NCBI GenBank assembly: GCA_013265495.1
Contig: MU057584.1
Span: forward strand, 722,608-786,607
DNA: 64,000 nucleotides
Direction of reading: 5' to 3'
Origin: Vicugna vicugna
Lineage: Eukaryota
Shown here: positions 23,777-63,999 of the stretch, piece by piece
How the letters are laid out: every line of letters starts with the position of its first letter
Position numbering within the stretch: position 1 is the stretch's first letter
The notes under the pieces: model-generated
The model's input: the letters and a program-made list of their open reading frames with translations, nothing else
Databases searched by the model: none
What the model was told of the DNA's origin: nothing
Program-made: the position numbers and the translations under genes

Positions 23777-23931
23777 GGGGAGGGTATAACTCAGTGGTAG
23801 AGTGTGTGCTTAGCATGCACAAGGTCCTGGGTTCAATCCCCAGTACCTCCGTTAAATAAACAAACAAACCTAATTGCCTCCCTCCTCCCCATCAAAAATA
23901 ATAAATTTAAAAACCTAAAAATTAAAAAAAA
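23777..23931 (+). mobile_element. tRNA-Ala-derived SINE (Vic-1 type, camelid)
   Basis: GGGGAGGGTATAACTCAGTGGTAGAG...GGTTCAATCCCCAGTACCTCC (A/B boxes), then TAAATAAACAAACAAACCTAATT and an A-rich tail. Confidence 0.85.
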
Positions 23932-24264
23932 TGGAGTTGGGATGGATTACGGTTAGCATCACTGCTGCTCTCCCAGCCCCAGCGAGGGCTCGAGGGCTCA
24001 GTAGACAGCAGGTTAGGATTAAGTGGGGCAGAGGTTAAGATTCCAAGGCCTGAAGGGCTCAGTTCAAGGACTGGATTTGCCAGGCAATGGGCCCTGGGGA
24101 AGGGGCTGCTGCAGTGGCCAAGAGGGGAGGGGGAGGGACAGGCTTTGTCCTCCCCAGGTCAGCGTGGACCAGTGCTAGTCAGAAGGCAGCCCGGGCTTGG
24201 CTGGAACCAAGTGGCCTGTTATGGGCTGTGGCCACTGTTGGGTCTCCCCCACTTTTCAAAAATT

Positions 24265-24745
24265 TTGTTTTTTATTGAGATACAATTCACATGCCATAAA
24301 ATTCACCCTTTAAAAGTGTATAAGTCAACAGTTTTTAGGTTTTTAGTATGTTCACAAGGTTGGGGCAATCATCACCACTGTGTAGTTCCAGAACATTATC
24401 ACCACCCCAAAAAGAAATCCTTGTAACCCATTAGCAGTGGTTCCCCATCCCCTTCTCCCACTCCAGCCCCTGGCAACCCTGAATCTACTCTCTGCCACTA
24501 TGTTGGTCTTTGTTTTTTTTTTTAGGGGGTAATTAGGTTTGTTTGTTTGTTTGTTTAAATGGAGGTACTGGGGATTGAACCCAGGACGCACTCAAGCACT
24601 GAGCTATATATATAACCTCCCCTACCTTCTGTCACTATCGATTTACCTATTCAGTATATTTCATATGATGAAATTGTACAGTAAATGATCTTTTGTATGT
24701 TTCTTTCGCTAAGCATCATTTTTCAAGGTTCTTCCATGCTGTAGC
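24265..24745 (-). mobile_element. L1MB-like 3' end (antisense), host of a SINE
   Basis: TTTTATTGAGATACAATTCACATGCCATAAAATTCACC...; similar copy at ~44555-45090. Confidence 0.75.
24502..24627 (-). mobile_element. Vic-1-type SINE, internally deleted, inserted in an old L1
   Basis: Reverse complement of the same SINE; TSD-like tctgccactat (24491) / tctgtcactat (24628). Confidence 0.8.
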
Positions 24746-25432
24746 CACCCCTCTTTAAGCCTCAGTTCCTCTATCTGGGAAATGCGTGGGGACAGTACTG
24801 GGAACTGAGGAGCCAGGATGGACCCCTGAAATGTGGTGGGCAAACGTGTGTGGGGAGGTGATCTTCTGCCCCCGTGCGGTGCATGGGAGAATGCAGCTCT
24901 CAGCGCTAGGGTTGGGAAGGTATTGGGCTGATTCAGCCCTCCATCCCATCCCTGAGACCCCATCCCTCAACCCGCAGAACCCTTGGGATCGCAGAGGTTC
25001 TGGAACAACATCCTGAATTCCTCCCTCTCTGCCTCCCACCATCCCTGAGACTCCTCAGGCTCCATTTGCTGAATAATAATATCACCCACTTGAGGAGTTC
25101 TAATCTGTTCCCTAATCTGTTCCTGCGAGAAGCACTTTATTTGCAAAGTCTCATTAATTTGTTGCAAACTGAGGCTGCTACTAATACTACTCAGGGACAG
25201 GAAACCATCGTGGTGAGGAGCCCGAGTTCTGGAGTTTGGAGACACTTGTATGCAAACCCCAGCCCTGCTGCTCACCAGTTGTGTCACCGTCAGCATCTGA
25301 TTTTTCTTCTTTGGGTCTCTGTGAGTAGGGTTGATAAATCTGGTCCAAACTCATGGCGGGGCAGAAAGGATGAGTGCTCAGAGCCTGGCATAGACGAAGC
25401 CTCCAGGAGTCTATGAAGCTGGTAGTATCAAT

Positions 25433-25833
25433 CAGTGATGTGCTGGTCAGTGTGTATCAACCAGCTCTCTGGGGAGTGGGGATGCAAAACCTTGCATTTA
25501 GCACTTACCAATTTCCATGGTGTAAATGTTCCCACCATGGCTGATTTCAAACTACCAACGTGACATCGTGTAAGTGTTTTCTGGGGAAGAGATGAGGGGT
25601 TGCACCTTACCATGCAGATACATAATAGAAGTAAATAACCTCAGGATGACACATAATAGTAAAACGTGGTAAAATAATTAAGATGTGATGAGTATTTACT
25701 ACCTTTTTTTAAACACAATTTATTTAATTGTATGTTTGCATAATATAATTTTTAATCATGGCAGCTTAACAACCAGTACCAAAATTCTTGAGACTTCAAC
25801 AATCAGCTTGCTTGAGTGGGATCCAGCACACTG
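25433..25833. mobile_element. Non-autonomous hAT-type DNA transposon (Arthur1/Zaphod-like)
   Basis: TIR-like ends CAGTGATGTGCTGG...CCAGCACACTG; homologous inverted copy at ~62110-62418. Family assignment is from memory. Confidence 0.55.
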
Positions 25834-26439
25834 TTGTCATTGTCACACCCATTTTTTAGAAAGGGAAACTGAGGCTCGGGAAAATGTTTAAACAGACAGG
25901 GGCAGGGCACAGACCCCATGGGCCAGGACTATGCAATGCCCTTCTTTCTTTCATACTATGGTGGTCTAGAGGGCATGGGTGGTCTCCACGGCACTGTGTG
26001 ACCTCAGCAAAGCCCTTGACCTCTCTGGTCTCAGTTTGCCCACCTGGAGAATACCTGCAGGGAGTTCCTTTGCACCTGCTTTAGCCCTGCGGGGAAGGTA
26101 ACATCCAGATCCTCTCCCTCACTTTATAGACTGGGAAACTGAGGCCCAGAAAGAGCAAGTCCCCACCCTGAGTCACATAGCTGGACAGAGTCCTCAGAAC
26201 CTAGCTGGGCTACAGAGAAGAGACTGCAGCCCACAACCTGGGGGTCTGGAGTTTTCTGGGAGATGGGAGGCATCATTGCTAGAGAGGTTGGTCACCGTTT
26301 CCCAGTGGCTCCGCCCAGACACCACCAACCTTAGCCCGCGGTCCCTAGAGCTTCCTGGGCCCGGTGACTGGGGAGAGGGTGGGCCGGGAGGGAGAATGTG
26401 GACAGCACCGCCTGCCCGGTTCTTGCCTCTGAGGACTTC

Positions 26440-26815
26440 TCCGTCTCTGTCTCTTTATCTCCATTCTCTTCACAGGTCTCTGCATCCCTGTCTCTTTCTG
26501 TCTCTCCCTCTGTCTCCGGTTATGGGTCTCTCAGTCTTTGTTTCTCACTGTGTCTCTGTACGTCTCACTCTGACTCTTTGTATGTGTCTCTCTTTGCCCA
26601 CGTTTCCCCCTCTTCCGGCCGTTCTCTGTCTTTCTGTCTCTCCGTCCTTTGGCTGTCTTTTCATCTCTTTGTGTCTCTATGTTTCTCCCTACCTCGTCTC
26701 TCTATCTCTTTGTGTCTCTTTGTCTCTTTTTGTGTCTCTCTATCTCTGTGTCTCTCAATACCTTTCTCTGCGTCTCTGGCGCTCTGCCTTGGCATTTCTC
26801 GCCCCTTCTCTTCCG
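26440..26815. repeat. CT/GT-rich low-complexity tract upstream of the MARK4 promoter
   Basis: Degenerate (TCTCTG)n. Confidence 0.85.
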
Positions 26816-27218
26816 GGGTGTCTACTCTCCGGTGAGAACATAGTCCATATCAACGCGCCCAGACCTGCCTCCGCCCCCAGAGCCCGTGGCCCGTCCGGGC
26901 CTGCGCCTTTAAGTGCCGGCGGCAGGGGGCGGGGTCTTGGCGGCCCCGCCCTGGCCGCCCCTCCCCCTGACGTCCCTTCCTCCCCGGCCCCTCCCCCGCC
27001 TCCCTCCGCCGCCGCCCGGGCCGGCTCCGCGCCCACCCTCGGCGTCCCCCTCCCTCCCTCGCCCTGCCCCCTCTCCCACGGCGCGAACCCGGGTGTCCAC
27101 AGCGCCCAGCTTTTGAGCTCGCGTCCCCAGGCCGGCGGGGGGGGAGGGGAAGAGAGGGGACCCCGGACCCCCGCTCCCCCCCCGACCCGGCCGCCCAGTC
27201 CCCCGAGACCTGGAGAAA

Positions 27219-54506
<27,288 letters not shown>

Positions 54507-55132
54507 GTTGCCACGGCCCCGGGTCCCCTCCTCTTCCTTGTCCCCTTCGCTTTGTCAGGAGGGAAATGGTCAAGGAAGGGATTCTCCCTTTGCCATCACC
54601 TCGGTTTCCCCGGAATCAATTTGGGGGCAGAGATTGTCCCCTCTGCTGTCCTCCGGGGCCGCTGGGCAGGAGAGAAGAGCGAAGGGGCTTAGCAGGGGGA
54701 GCTGGCACCTTCCTGGAGCCTCCAGCTAGTCCTGTCCCCACCTCGCCCTGCCGTGGGGCACCTGAGGAAACTTTGGGGACAGGGCGGGGGCAGAAAGGGA
54801 AACAGGATACTCTTCCATTCTTCCCAAGAGTTCAAGAATTAGGCCTTGGGCAGGGGCAGGGGAGTTGCTGAGCCTAAAGACTGGAGAATTGAGGGGGTGC
54901 TTGGAGTGGGGGTCAGAGAGGCAGATTCCTTCCCCTCCTGCTCCCCTGATGCTCGGACCCCCCCATTCCTGCCCCAGGCTGGCGCGGGGCACTTTGTACA
55001 AATCCTTGTAAATACCCTCACCTCCTCCCCTCTGCAGAGATCTCTTGAGGAGCTGCCGCTCTCACCTCTGGTTTTTAAGTTATTACACCCCCACCCTCCT
55101 CCTGTCAGCCCCTCACCTGCAGCCTGTTGCCC

Positions 55133-55138
55133 AATAAA
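55133..55138 (+). terminator. MARK4: MARK4 polyadenylation signal AATAAA (a second one at 55452-55457)
   Basis: AATAAA ~630 nt past the stop; the distal copy sits in an L2-like 3' end. Confidence 0.7.
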
Positions 55139-58100
55139 CTTAGGAGAGTCCCCCCTCCCCCACGCTGACCCTGGGGTTTTCCTTCCCTGCCCTCACCTGC
55201 AAGTGAGATGAAGAGGAGGTGTGTGACTCTAGGCCAGTGGCTTCACCTTTCTGAGCCTCGGTTTTCTCATTTGCAGAATGGGAGTCGTGGGGGTATGAGG
55301 GTCCAGGATGATTGTGGAAGAGGGCAGGACGGAACTTGGCCTCATCCACGAGGCTCAGTTCCGCTATCGGACCCCTGTTCATCCACTCACATACCCACCA
55401 CATGTTATACTGGACTCTAAGCCACTTCTTACTCCAGTAGTACATTTATTCAATAAACAGTCATTGACCGGTGCCTACTCCATGCCAGGTCCAGTGCTGG
55501 ACACGAAGTCATAGGGAGCCCCTGTCTCTGGGGGACATGGGTTCGGACAAACACTTGAGATACCATTGCTCTGGGGAGCCCAGAAGAGAAAGTGAAGGGG
55601 GTTGGGGAAGGCACTCCAGAGGAACTGATGTTGGAGTTGGGTTCTGAAGGATGAATAGGAGTTGACTAGGTATCGGGTAAGCCCTGGACAAAAGCCTGGA
55701 AGTGGGAGTGCATGTTATAGCTCAGAGAACTGGATAATTTCAGGGTGGCTGCTGTGTTGGGGGGTGGGTGGAGAATTAGCAATATTAGGACTATATTAGG
55801 ACTAATAATCCATCTACACTTAGACAAAAAGGTGTTTGTTTGCTCGTGTTCTTTTGTAGGCCAGGGGTGTCTGGCTTCAGGTATGGCTGGGTCCAGGCAG
55901 CAGGCCATCTTTCTGCTTTTTTTTGGTGTAAGTTTCATCCTGGTAGTTTCACCCAGTTGGTACTTCCTGATGGCAGAGATGATCCCAGCAGTTCCAAGCT
56001 TCCATCTTTCCAGCTTAGTTGCAGCAAAAAGTTCCTCATTGCCAACTTCCAGCAAAAGTCCCAAGACCAACTCTCACTGGCCCATATAAATCATGTGATC
56101 ATCCCTGAACCAGTCACTGTGACTCTGGAGTGGCCTGTCCCTGGTGCTGGACTTAGAGGAGGTTCCCCAGGCAAAAGTCAAGATGCATAAGCTGGAGAGG
56201 AGAAGTGCAGGCACAGTAGACTTAAGCAGTAGCGGGCTGTCCAGGACAGGAAGGCAGGAGCCTTCCACCCAGGGCCTTGTGAGCAGGCTAGGCTTTAATC
56301 CGAGGGCCCTGGGGAGCCATGGAGGGTTGCAGGCAGGGGCAGGGGGAGTTGCTGAGCTTAGTCAGCAGAGGCTTAGTCAGACTGTGCCTCAGTTGCCCGT
56401 AGAGGGCATGGTAGGGTCAACTCTTGTATTCTTCATGGGGCTGATGGGAAAATCAAACAAGAAATGAAGGGTGGTAAAGATTGGTCAGGGGTGAAAAATT
56501 CAGGATCTGGGGCAGAACTGAATTCCTATCATGAGCAAGATCAGGATAGGGCTCTGCTGAGAGACAGTAGAAAAATGAGGTGTGTGTAGGGGGAACCAAC
56601 CCTGTCTCAAAATCTAAATCCCTGAGGGCTTCCTTGGCTCCCAGCCTGCTGAGGACACAGCGGTGACCAAGGCAGCCCCAGCTCACAGTCCAGTGGAGGA
56701 GGCAACTATGTCCTCAGTGATGATCCCAGAGTGGGCAGGGCTAGTTTAGGGGAGCCTAGGTCCCAGGGGAGTGCAGAGGGAGCCAGTTGCCCTAGCCAGC
56801 GAGGGCTTCCTGGAGGAGGAGCAGCTTGGCTGTGACTGGGAAAATGATGAGCAGCTAACTAGACACGGTGGTGTTGCGGGGGCGGGGGTGCATTCCAGGC
56901 AGAGGAAACAGCATGTATGGTGGCAGCATGTACAGGTCCTTCAGCAAATGGTACGTGGCTCAGGGTGAGTATAGAGTCACTGTGAGAGATGAGGCCGGAG
57001 ATGCTGGTAGGGCTTTGAAGGTCGTGGAGAGGCACCAGGGCTTTCTACCAAGGGCACTGGGGAGCCATGGTGAGGTTGTGAGTAAGAGAGTCAGGGGCAG
57101 GTTTGTGTCGTGAAGGGAGGGAAGGAGACAGGCCAGAAGAATAGGGAGGAGGTGGAGATGGGACAGAAGGTGGGGAGAGAAGCGGTGGACTTAAGGCTTA
57201 TGAGCGGGACAGGCATGGTAGCCAGCAGGTGCCTGGGCTGCAGGTTTGGCCGCCTCAGGCTGTACTGGCTGGAGTGTGTGTGGTCCTTGCGGCCTCGGGG
57301 TGGAGCTGGGATTAGTGATGGGATCTTCACAGGGGACAGTATTGTAGAGGACGTCCCAACGTCTACAAAGCCCAAGTGCCTTAACCTTTGGGATCTCTTC
57401 TAACCTTTCTGTTTCAGTAATCTCTGAAAACTCTTGGGGACGTCCCTGGACCTCAGTTTCCCCTCTGTAAAATGGAGAGTAGATTTCTTGATCTCTAAGG
57501 GCCCTGTGTGACTTAGGTTTGAGAAAGTGCCTCCTCCTGGTCCCTGAGGGCTCTGTCTTCTATTTAACTTTGCCTCATATTTCTTCTGAAATCTCTGTCT
57601 CTTTGGGGACCAACCCACTATGCCCTTGCTGATGGAGGCCTCAGCCTATTGGGCCAAGTAGAAGTGATTGACGTGGACAACACCCCATATATGTTCAGAT
57701 GTTTCTGCTTCTCTCACAGCCACCCTGTAAGGCCCCTTCCTGCTCTTTCTCAGGACCAAGCTCTCCAAAAGGTCAAGCCCTAAAAACTTCACAGGGATGC
57801 TCTGACCCAAGCCCTGATCTGGAGGAGGAAACAGCTTGGGCAAAGATAGGTGGGAATTGCCAGGGTGTAAGGAGCAAAAGAGTATATAGAGGAATCATGA
57901 GAAAAGAACTGGAAAGACGAGCCTTCAGCAGATGGTACACACTTGTTTGACTTCCAAGAATCGCAAATGACAGGAGTGTGTTCTAGATGTGGGGAGCCCT
58001 GGAAGGTTCTTGAGCAAAGCAAGGGAAGTTGAAAAGACTGGTAGCAGCTATAGAGGGCTGACGTCAGACCACACAGGAGGCCGGTGAAAAGCGTGTTAAG

Positions 58101-58479
58101 GTAGTTAATGATCAGATACAAGGGAGGTCTCAAACTGGAGGCCCGTGGGCCAAGTTCAAGTCTCAGATATCTTGTTTGGCCCCTGTTTCTCCCTCATGTG
58201 GACCCTATGTTTGAGATCTGAGCATTAGGTGCTTGGGAGCCAAGGTTGGGAAGGGCCTAAGCTTGGCTATGTGACACTGGGCACAGATTCCCCAGAGAGC
58301 CTTGTAATGATTAGACTGTCCGCTAACTGTGCCTCATTTTAGAGATGGGATAAAACATGTCTAGCCCTAGGACATGCCTAGAGTGGGCAAACCACTACTA
58401 GGTTACACAGTAGCCTATTGCAAAAGTTTCTCGTCTTCCCTCAATAACTATCGCACACAGTGCTAAGGCCACTGTCGCT

Positions 58480-58485
58480 TTTATT
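58480..58485 (-). terminator. CKM: CKM polyadenylation signal AATAAA
   Basis: TTTATT on the + strand ~310 nt past the stop. Confidence 0.85.
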
Positions 58486-58794
58486 TGTTGCTTTGAGTGG
58501 AGAAAAACACGAGCTCCAGATGTGCTGGCGAGTTCTCCATTAGCCAGAGCGCCTGATGGTGGGCGGAGCTCAGGAAAAAGGAGAGGGGAGTGTGAGGAAG
58601 GCTTTTCATTGGCCAGATCCCAGAGAATAGATGCCATTGGTTAGAATTCTGGTTGCCATTAAAGCCCCGCGTTGACCGAACCGCTATAGGCAGGACTCCG
58701 GGAGAAGGGGGCGGGGCAAAGCATGAAGGGCTAGGCCTCTGGAGGGCCGGATCCTCCCTTTGGCTGGGGCTCCCGCAGTAGGTGGGCTGGGCGC

Positions 58795-58973
58795 CTACTT
58801 CTGGGCGGGGATCATGTCGTCGATGGACTGGCCCTTTTCCAGCTTCTTCTCCATCTCCACCATGAGCTTCACACCATCCACCACCAGCTGCACCTGTTCC
58901 ACCTCCGACGAGCCCAGCCGATCGGCGTTGGACACGTCGAACACTGAGCCCACGGCAGCCGTGTCCACGCCAC
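58795..58973 (-). CDS. CKM: CKM exon 8 coding part ([12 protein letters not shown]...DDMIPAQK*)
   Basis: cgcag acceptor; TAG at 58797-58795. Confidence 0.97.
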
Positions 58974-61900
58974 CTGCGAAAGTAGGAGGCAAGGAGTGAG
59001 GAGAGAGCAGAAAGGAGCGGTCCCGGGACGCGGCCCCCACCCGTGCCAACTGCGGCAGTCACATGTGCTGAGTGAGCGCATACTGTGTCAACGTTATACG
59101 CGCACACAGAGCTTCCTAAGCGTTTGTCTGTTCAGGGGTCCGTATCTCTGGCTTTAAGTACCTCACTCTTCAACCATCCAGCAAGAAAACGTAGCGTAGT
59201 GGGTACGAGAGTTGAGCTCTGGAGCTGGGCTGCCTGGGGTCGAATTCTGACCATCCTCCCCTTTACAGATGGGTGAGTGAGGCTCCTAGGCGGCCCGGGA
59301 CATACACGATGTATATTTTATAACCATGATGATATATTGACTCCTCTGAGATAAGGCGTGCTGATGCCTTTGCACAGGAAGAAATAGGCTCACAGAGGGG
59401 CAGCTCTTGCCAACCCCCAGAACTCGCGGGGATGCCCCTCCTCCCCCTCAGCCCCGCAGAGGGCCAGCCCCGAAGCTGCGGGATAGGATGCGCCGCCGCA
59501 CCTGTGCCCCGCTTCTGCAGGCGCAGACGAGTGAGGATCTCCTCGAACTTGGGATGCTTGCTCAGGTGTGCCAGCTTTACATGCACGCCTCCACGCAGCC
59601 CGGTGCCCAGGTTAGATGGGCAGGTGAGCACGTAGCCCAGGTGCTCGTTCCACATGAAGGGGTGGCCGGCTTTCTTGAAGATCTCCTCAATCTGAGGTAG
59701 GGGGAGAGGACCAGGGGTCAGTGCCGGCGGGTGCCCCCAAATACACCCGCAACTCGGACCGGTTTCGGAGGGATTGTGTACGAGGGCGGGTCTGGAAAAC
59801 CGGGAGGGACAAGATTCTGAGGGGAGGGCCCCGACGACACAGACGGCGTCAGGATTCTGAGGGGAGCTAGGCCTGAGGACGCTTTGGAGGCAGGTGCTTA
59901 GGGGAGGGGCTTGGGCATAGGGGTGTGGCCGGGTTCCCAAAGGATGCGGTCCTGAAAAGCGAGGTGGTGACTTTGGAAAGGGTGGGGGCTTGGGTTAGAG
60001 GGAAGAGCCGGGTTCCCAGGGGCGGGGCCTCGGAAAACCACTAGGGCGGTCGCGCAGTCAGAAGTCAGCCTCAGGGTCAGGCGCTCACCTTCTGCAGCCC
60101 CACGCAGAATCGACGGAAAACTTCCTTCATGTTGCCCCCCTTCTGCATGGAGATGACTCGGAGGTGGTCCTCCTCGTTCACCCACACCAGGAAGCTCTTG
60201 TTGTCATTGTGCCTGGATTGGGCGAGCAAAAGGCCGAGAAATTAGCTCCGCGAGAACCCATCCCGCGCCCTCTTGCAAACACATACCCAGCGCTAGGGGG
60301 CAGCGGGCCTGAAGGGCATGAGGTGGGAGCATCTCAAAATCTCGGAAGCTTACATCTGACTCTAATGTCACAGGACCTGTGAAATCTCAAATCCTGGGAT
60401 CAGTAACTTTTAGGGTCTTAAGTCCTTGAACAATATTAAGTTAGAGATTCTTAGAATCTCAGAATCTTTGAAAAACAGAAGCCAGGAATCAGAATTGATA
60501 AATCTTCCCATCACATTGTGACATCTCAGAAACAGCCTTAGAACCCTAAAACTTGAGGATCTGGAAATGTTTGAAACCATTGAATCATGGAATCTGAAAT
60601 TAGTGGAATTTTAAAATATTTAAAATCTTGATGTCTTACAACCTACACTCTCCAAATTATTTGAAACCTAGGTCCTCAAAACCCTTTAAAATCTTTGACT
60701 ATCAGAATCAGGGATTCAAAAATTCATGGAAAGCCTAACTAGCAACGATAGCTAGTAATAAAAATCATACTAATGACCAACATGTACTGAGCACTTACTA
60801 TATCCCAGGCACTTTTTCTAATACTTTACATAAATTAACTCATTTAATCCTCACAAGAACCTCAAGAGCTATGAATAATTCTGATCTCCTTTTTATAGAT
60901 GGGGAAACTGGGGCAGAGAGACATTTAATAATGTGTCCATGGGGGGGTATAGCTCAAGTGATAGAGCACAAGCTTAGCACACACTAGGTCCTGTGTTCAA
61001 TCCCCAGTACCTCCTCTAAAAATAAATAATAAAGCTAATTATCTCACACCCCCACAAAAACCTGTTAAAAAAAATAATGTGTCCAAAGTAACACAGCTAG
61101 TAAATGGCAGCACTGGGATTTGAACCCGGGGAATCTGGTTCAAGTCTAAGTTTCAAGTTTTCCAAGATCTAACATAGAGATCACAGGGTAGGCAGGGGTG
61201 GAGGACAAGCTCATTCTGGTAATTACTTTCATGGTCTTGACTTTGGGGAAGGGTCATGGGAGGACTGGGAGAGGCAGAGGAGAAGGGGTCATAGGGCAGG
61301 GGGGCCTCACCAGATGCCACGGGCATCAGGCCAGTCTCGGGCCATGCCTGAGGCCAGCAGCAGTGGGGACACGGGCTTGTCAAACAGGAAGTGGTCGTCG
61401 ATGAGCTGTTGCTGCTCCTTCTCTGTCATGCTCTTCAGGGGATAGTACTTCCCCTTGAACTCTCCCGTCAGGCTGTTGAGGGCTGAGGGGCCGCACAAAG
61501 GAGTGGTCAGCTGCCTGCCCCACCTCAAGTGGGGTGCAGAGGCCTGGGGACCCTACACTGCCACCCCTAACGGGCCCGGGCATTGGCCCTGTGGATGTCC
61601 TAAAGGTGCCTAAACAGTAAGTCTAAACCCAAATTCATGATCCAAAATGTGCTCCTCCTATCTTCCTGGGCCCTGCGGACACACCATGTGCTCAAGCCAG
61701 AAAACATGGGGTCCTCCCCTTCCCGCCACCGACCCTCAGGTCCAATCCACCTGCCAGCACTGGTGTGCTGGTGCCCGCTCCTGCTGGCTGACAAAACAGA
61801 CAAAGTCTCAGGAACCTGGGATCCGTCAGTAAAAATTATTCTAATATAGCATATCTAGTATTTGTCTACATTCCTATGTGTTCATAATACACAATAAATA

Positions 61901-63592
61901 TCTATTATATATAAAATAAATATGTGTATTAATGCATATATGTATATGTCTACATTCCTATGCATTCATAACACATAATATTTATTATGTGTATAAAGTA
62001 TGTAATACATATATGTATTTATATACATATTACTTGTATAATACACTACATGTTATATATCATTTACTATATATTATATTATTAAAAATAAGTTATAAAA
62101 ACTTAACAAATTATATTTAAAAGAAAGGTAACCAATACTCAGAACTATCACTTCCTAATTATTTTACTACACTTAATACTTTCTGTGTTCGTGGAGTGAT
62201 TTTTGTCTACTGTATCCACATAGTGGAAACACAATAGAATGATTTACTACTGCACAACTCTTCCCATTTCCCATCTCTGCATGATGTCATGTCAGTAGTT
62301 TAAAACTGGCCATGGTAAGAGAATTTATACCACAGATTTTGGCAGTTACTGGCTGTAAATCAGGGCTTTTTTTTTTTTTTTTCTGAGAGCTGGTCATGTA
62401 ACATTTAGCAGAACACTGCTACCAGCCCTGATGGTTCGCCTTCCAAACATTGCCACTCTTTCTCCCCATCCCATTGCAACCCCTCGCCCCACCCCGGCCT
62501 GGACCGCTGCAGTTGCCCCTTCTCAGTCTTCCTCTCCCCTCTTTACCCACAGTCTGTTCCCCACACAGCAGCCAGAGGGATCCATTTAAGTCTGAACCTG
62601 TCCCTTCTCTACTCATCACCCTCCCATGGTCTCCACCTCCCTCACGGTCAAAGCCAAAGTCCTCCCAAGGCTCTGCACGACCTGGCCACCCATGTCCCTC
62701 GACCACTCAGCTCCAGTCACACTGACCTCCTTGCTATTCCTCCAACACATCTTCCCACCTCAGGGCCTTTGCACTTGCTGTTCCATCTGTCTAGAATTCT
62801 TCCCAAGGTTGGCTCCTTCTTGTCGATAAGGTCTGAACCCCTGTCTAAGGTAGCTCCCCTCAGTCACTCTGTGCCACAACTCTTGTTTCTTGGCCTCATG
62901 GGATTTTGGAATTATCTTGTTCTTTCTTGATTTCTGTGTTTCCTCCTATCTCCCCACCAGGCTGACAGCTCTGTAAGAGCAGTGACCTTGTCCATCTTAT
63001 TTATCACAGGAGCCACAGCTCCCCATATGGGTCCAGAACAACCATAAATATTTGCTGGATGGATGGATGGATGGATGGTCAGGACCCTGGTGCAACTCCG
63101 TGTCAAGTCTTGACAGCACCCCCAAGACTTCCATCGGGGGTAATGCTGCCTGCTGTCTCTCACCATGTACCCATTTATCAAGCTCTTTCCATCTTTTGGA
63201 AAATGAGGATCTAGGGTGTCCAGAGATGTGCCCATGGAGGAACAGAGCCAGAGCTGCATAACCCGGGCAGTGTGTGGGGTGGGGGCTCTCACCTTCCACG
63301 GAGAGTTTCTCCACCGCCCTGCGCTCACCGCGGGAGCAGTGCGGGGGCAGCGTGTAGCCCTTGATGCTGCGGCCCGTGCGGACACGGCTGCTGAGCACGT
63401 AGTTGGGGTCCAGGTCGTCTCCACCCTAGAGAGTGGGTGGGGGGTCAGGGCCCAGTGGACCCTCCTGCACGCCCTGCCCCCTCCCCAGCAAGACCAGGTG
63501 TCCCTCCAGGTCCTCCTAGCCAGCTTGGGCTCTCAGCTGCTTCCTCTGCCTCCTCCAGCCTGCCTCCCTCCCCTTCCCTGGCTCTGTCTCTC

Positions 63593-63631
<39 letters not shown>

Positions 63632-63999
63632 TTTATCTCTCTCCATCTCTGTGTCTCTGTTTTGTGCCTGCCTTCCTCTCTTTCTCTCCTCAACTCCCAT
63701 CTGTCTTCTGGGTCTCTGTCCCCCTCTTTCTTCCCATCCCCCTCTACATTTCTCCCATCTCTGTTTGTCTCTGTGTCTCTCTGGGTGTCTTCCCCACGAC
63801 CTCCTCCGTCTTCCCCCTTCCGGCCTCCCCTAGGGGCAGCGAACCTTGAGGTTCTCATGGTTGAGGTCGGTCTTATGCTTGTCGGTGGGTTTGTAGCCCC
63901 CGTGCCGGTCCTGGATGATGGGGTCGAAGAGGTCCTTGAAAACCACGTAGGACTCCTCGTCACCAGCCACACAGCCCACAGTCATGATGAAGGGGTGAC
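58795..63999 (-). CDS. CKM: Creatine kinase M-type, exons 3-8 (5'-partial)
   Basis: complement(join(58795..58973,59502..59691,60089..60212,61311..61482,63293..63425,63845..63999)). Motifs [25 protein letters not shown] and [17 protein letters not shown]-terminus IDDMIPAQK typical of CKM. 953 nt here; a 193-nt upstream coding exon would give 381 aa. Confidence 0.97.
59502..59691 (-). CDS. CKM: CKM exon 7 ([14 protein letters not shown]...CPSNLGT...QKRGT)
   Basis: ctcag / CAG|GTGCGG. Confidence 0.97.
60089..60212 (-). CDS. CKM: CKM exon 6 ([17 protein letters not shown]...GLQK)
   Basis: tccag / AAG|GTGAGC. Confidence 0.97.
60290..60303 (+). promoter_or_regulatory. CTCF-like motif GCGCTAGGGGGCAG
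   Basis: Good CTCF core match at the edge of the CKM intragenic CpG-rich region. Confidence 0.45.
60940..61072 (+). mobile_element. Vic-1-type SINE inserted in a MIR
   Basis: tRNA-like head plus A-rich tail; perfect 13-bp TSD aataatgtgtcca (60927-60939, 61073-61085). Confidence 0.85.
61311..61482 (-). CDS. CKM: CKM exon 5 ([13 protein letters not shown]...DWPDARGI)
   Basis: ctcag / CTG|GTGAGG. Confidence 0.97.
61860..62120. repeat. AT-rich low-complexity tract
   Basis: Degenerate (TA/TATG)n. Confidence 0.85.
63293..63425 (-). CDS. CKM: CKM exon 4 ([20 protein letters not shown]...KLSVE)
   Basis: tctag / AAG|GTGAGA. Confidence 0.97.
63595..63627. repeat. (CT)n microsatellite in CKM intron 3
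   Basis: Read directly. Confidence 0.95.
63845..63999 (-). CDS. CKM: CKM exon 3 ([17 protein letters not shown]...NHENLK)
   Basis: AAG|GTTCGC donor; the G of the acceptor is at 64000. Confidence 0.95.

Larger units (their letters stand above)
59400..60310. other. Intragenic CpG-rich region over CKM exons 6-7
   Basis: Elevated CpG in both exons and the intervening intron. Confidence 0.6.

Noticed and set aside
23777..23851. tRNA-Ala gene
   Set aside because: Mismatched stems, a SINE tail, and dispersed diverged copies with TSDs indicate a SINE, not a functional tRNA.
58059..58066. Full CRE palindrome TGACGTCA between MARK4 and CKM
   Set aside because: A single 8-mer (about one expected by chance in 64 kb), lying in L2-like sequence far from any promoter.
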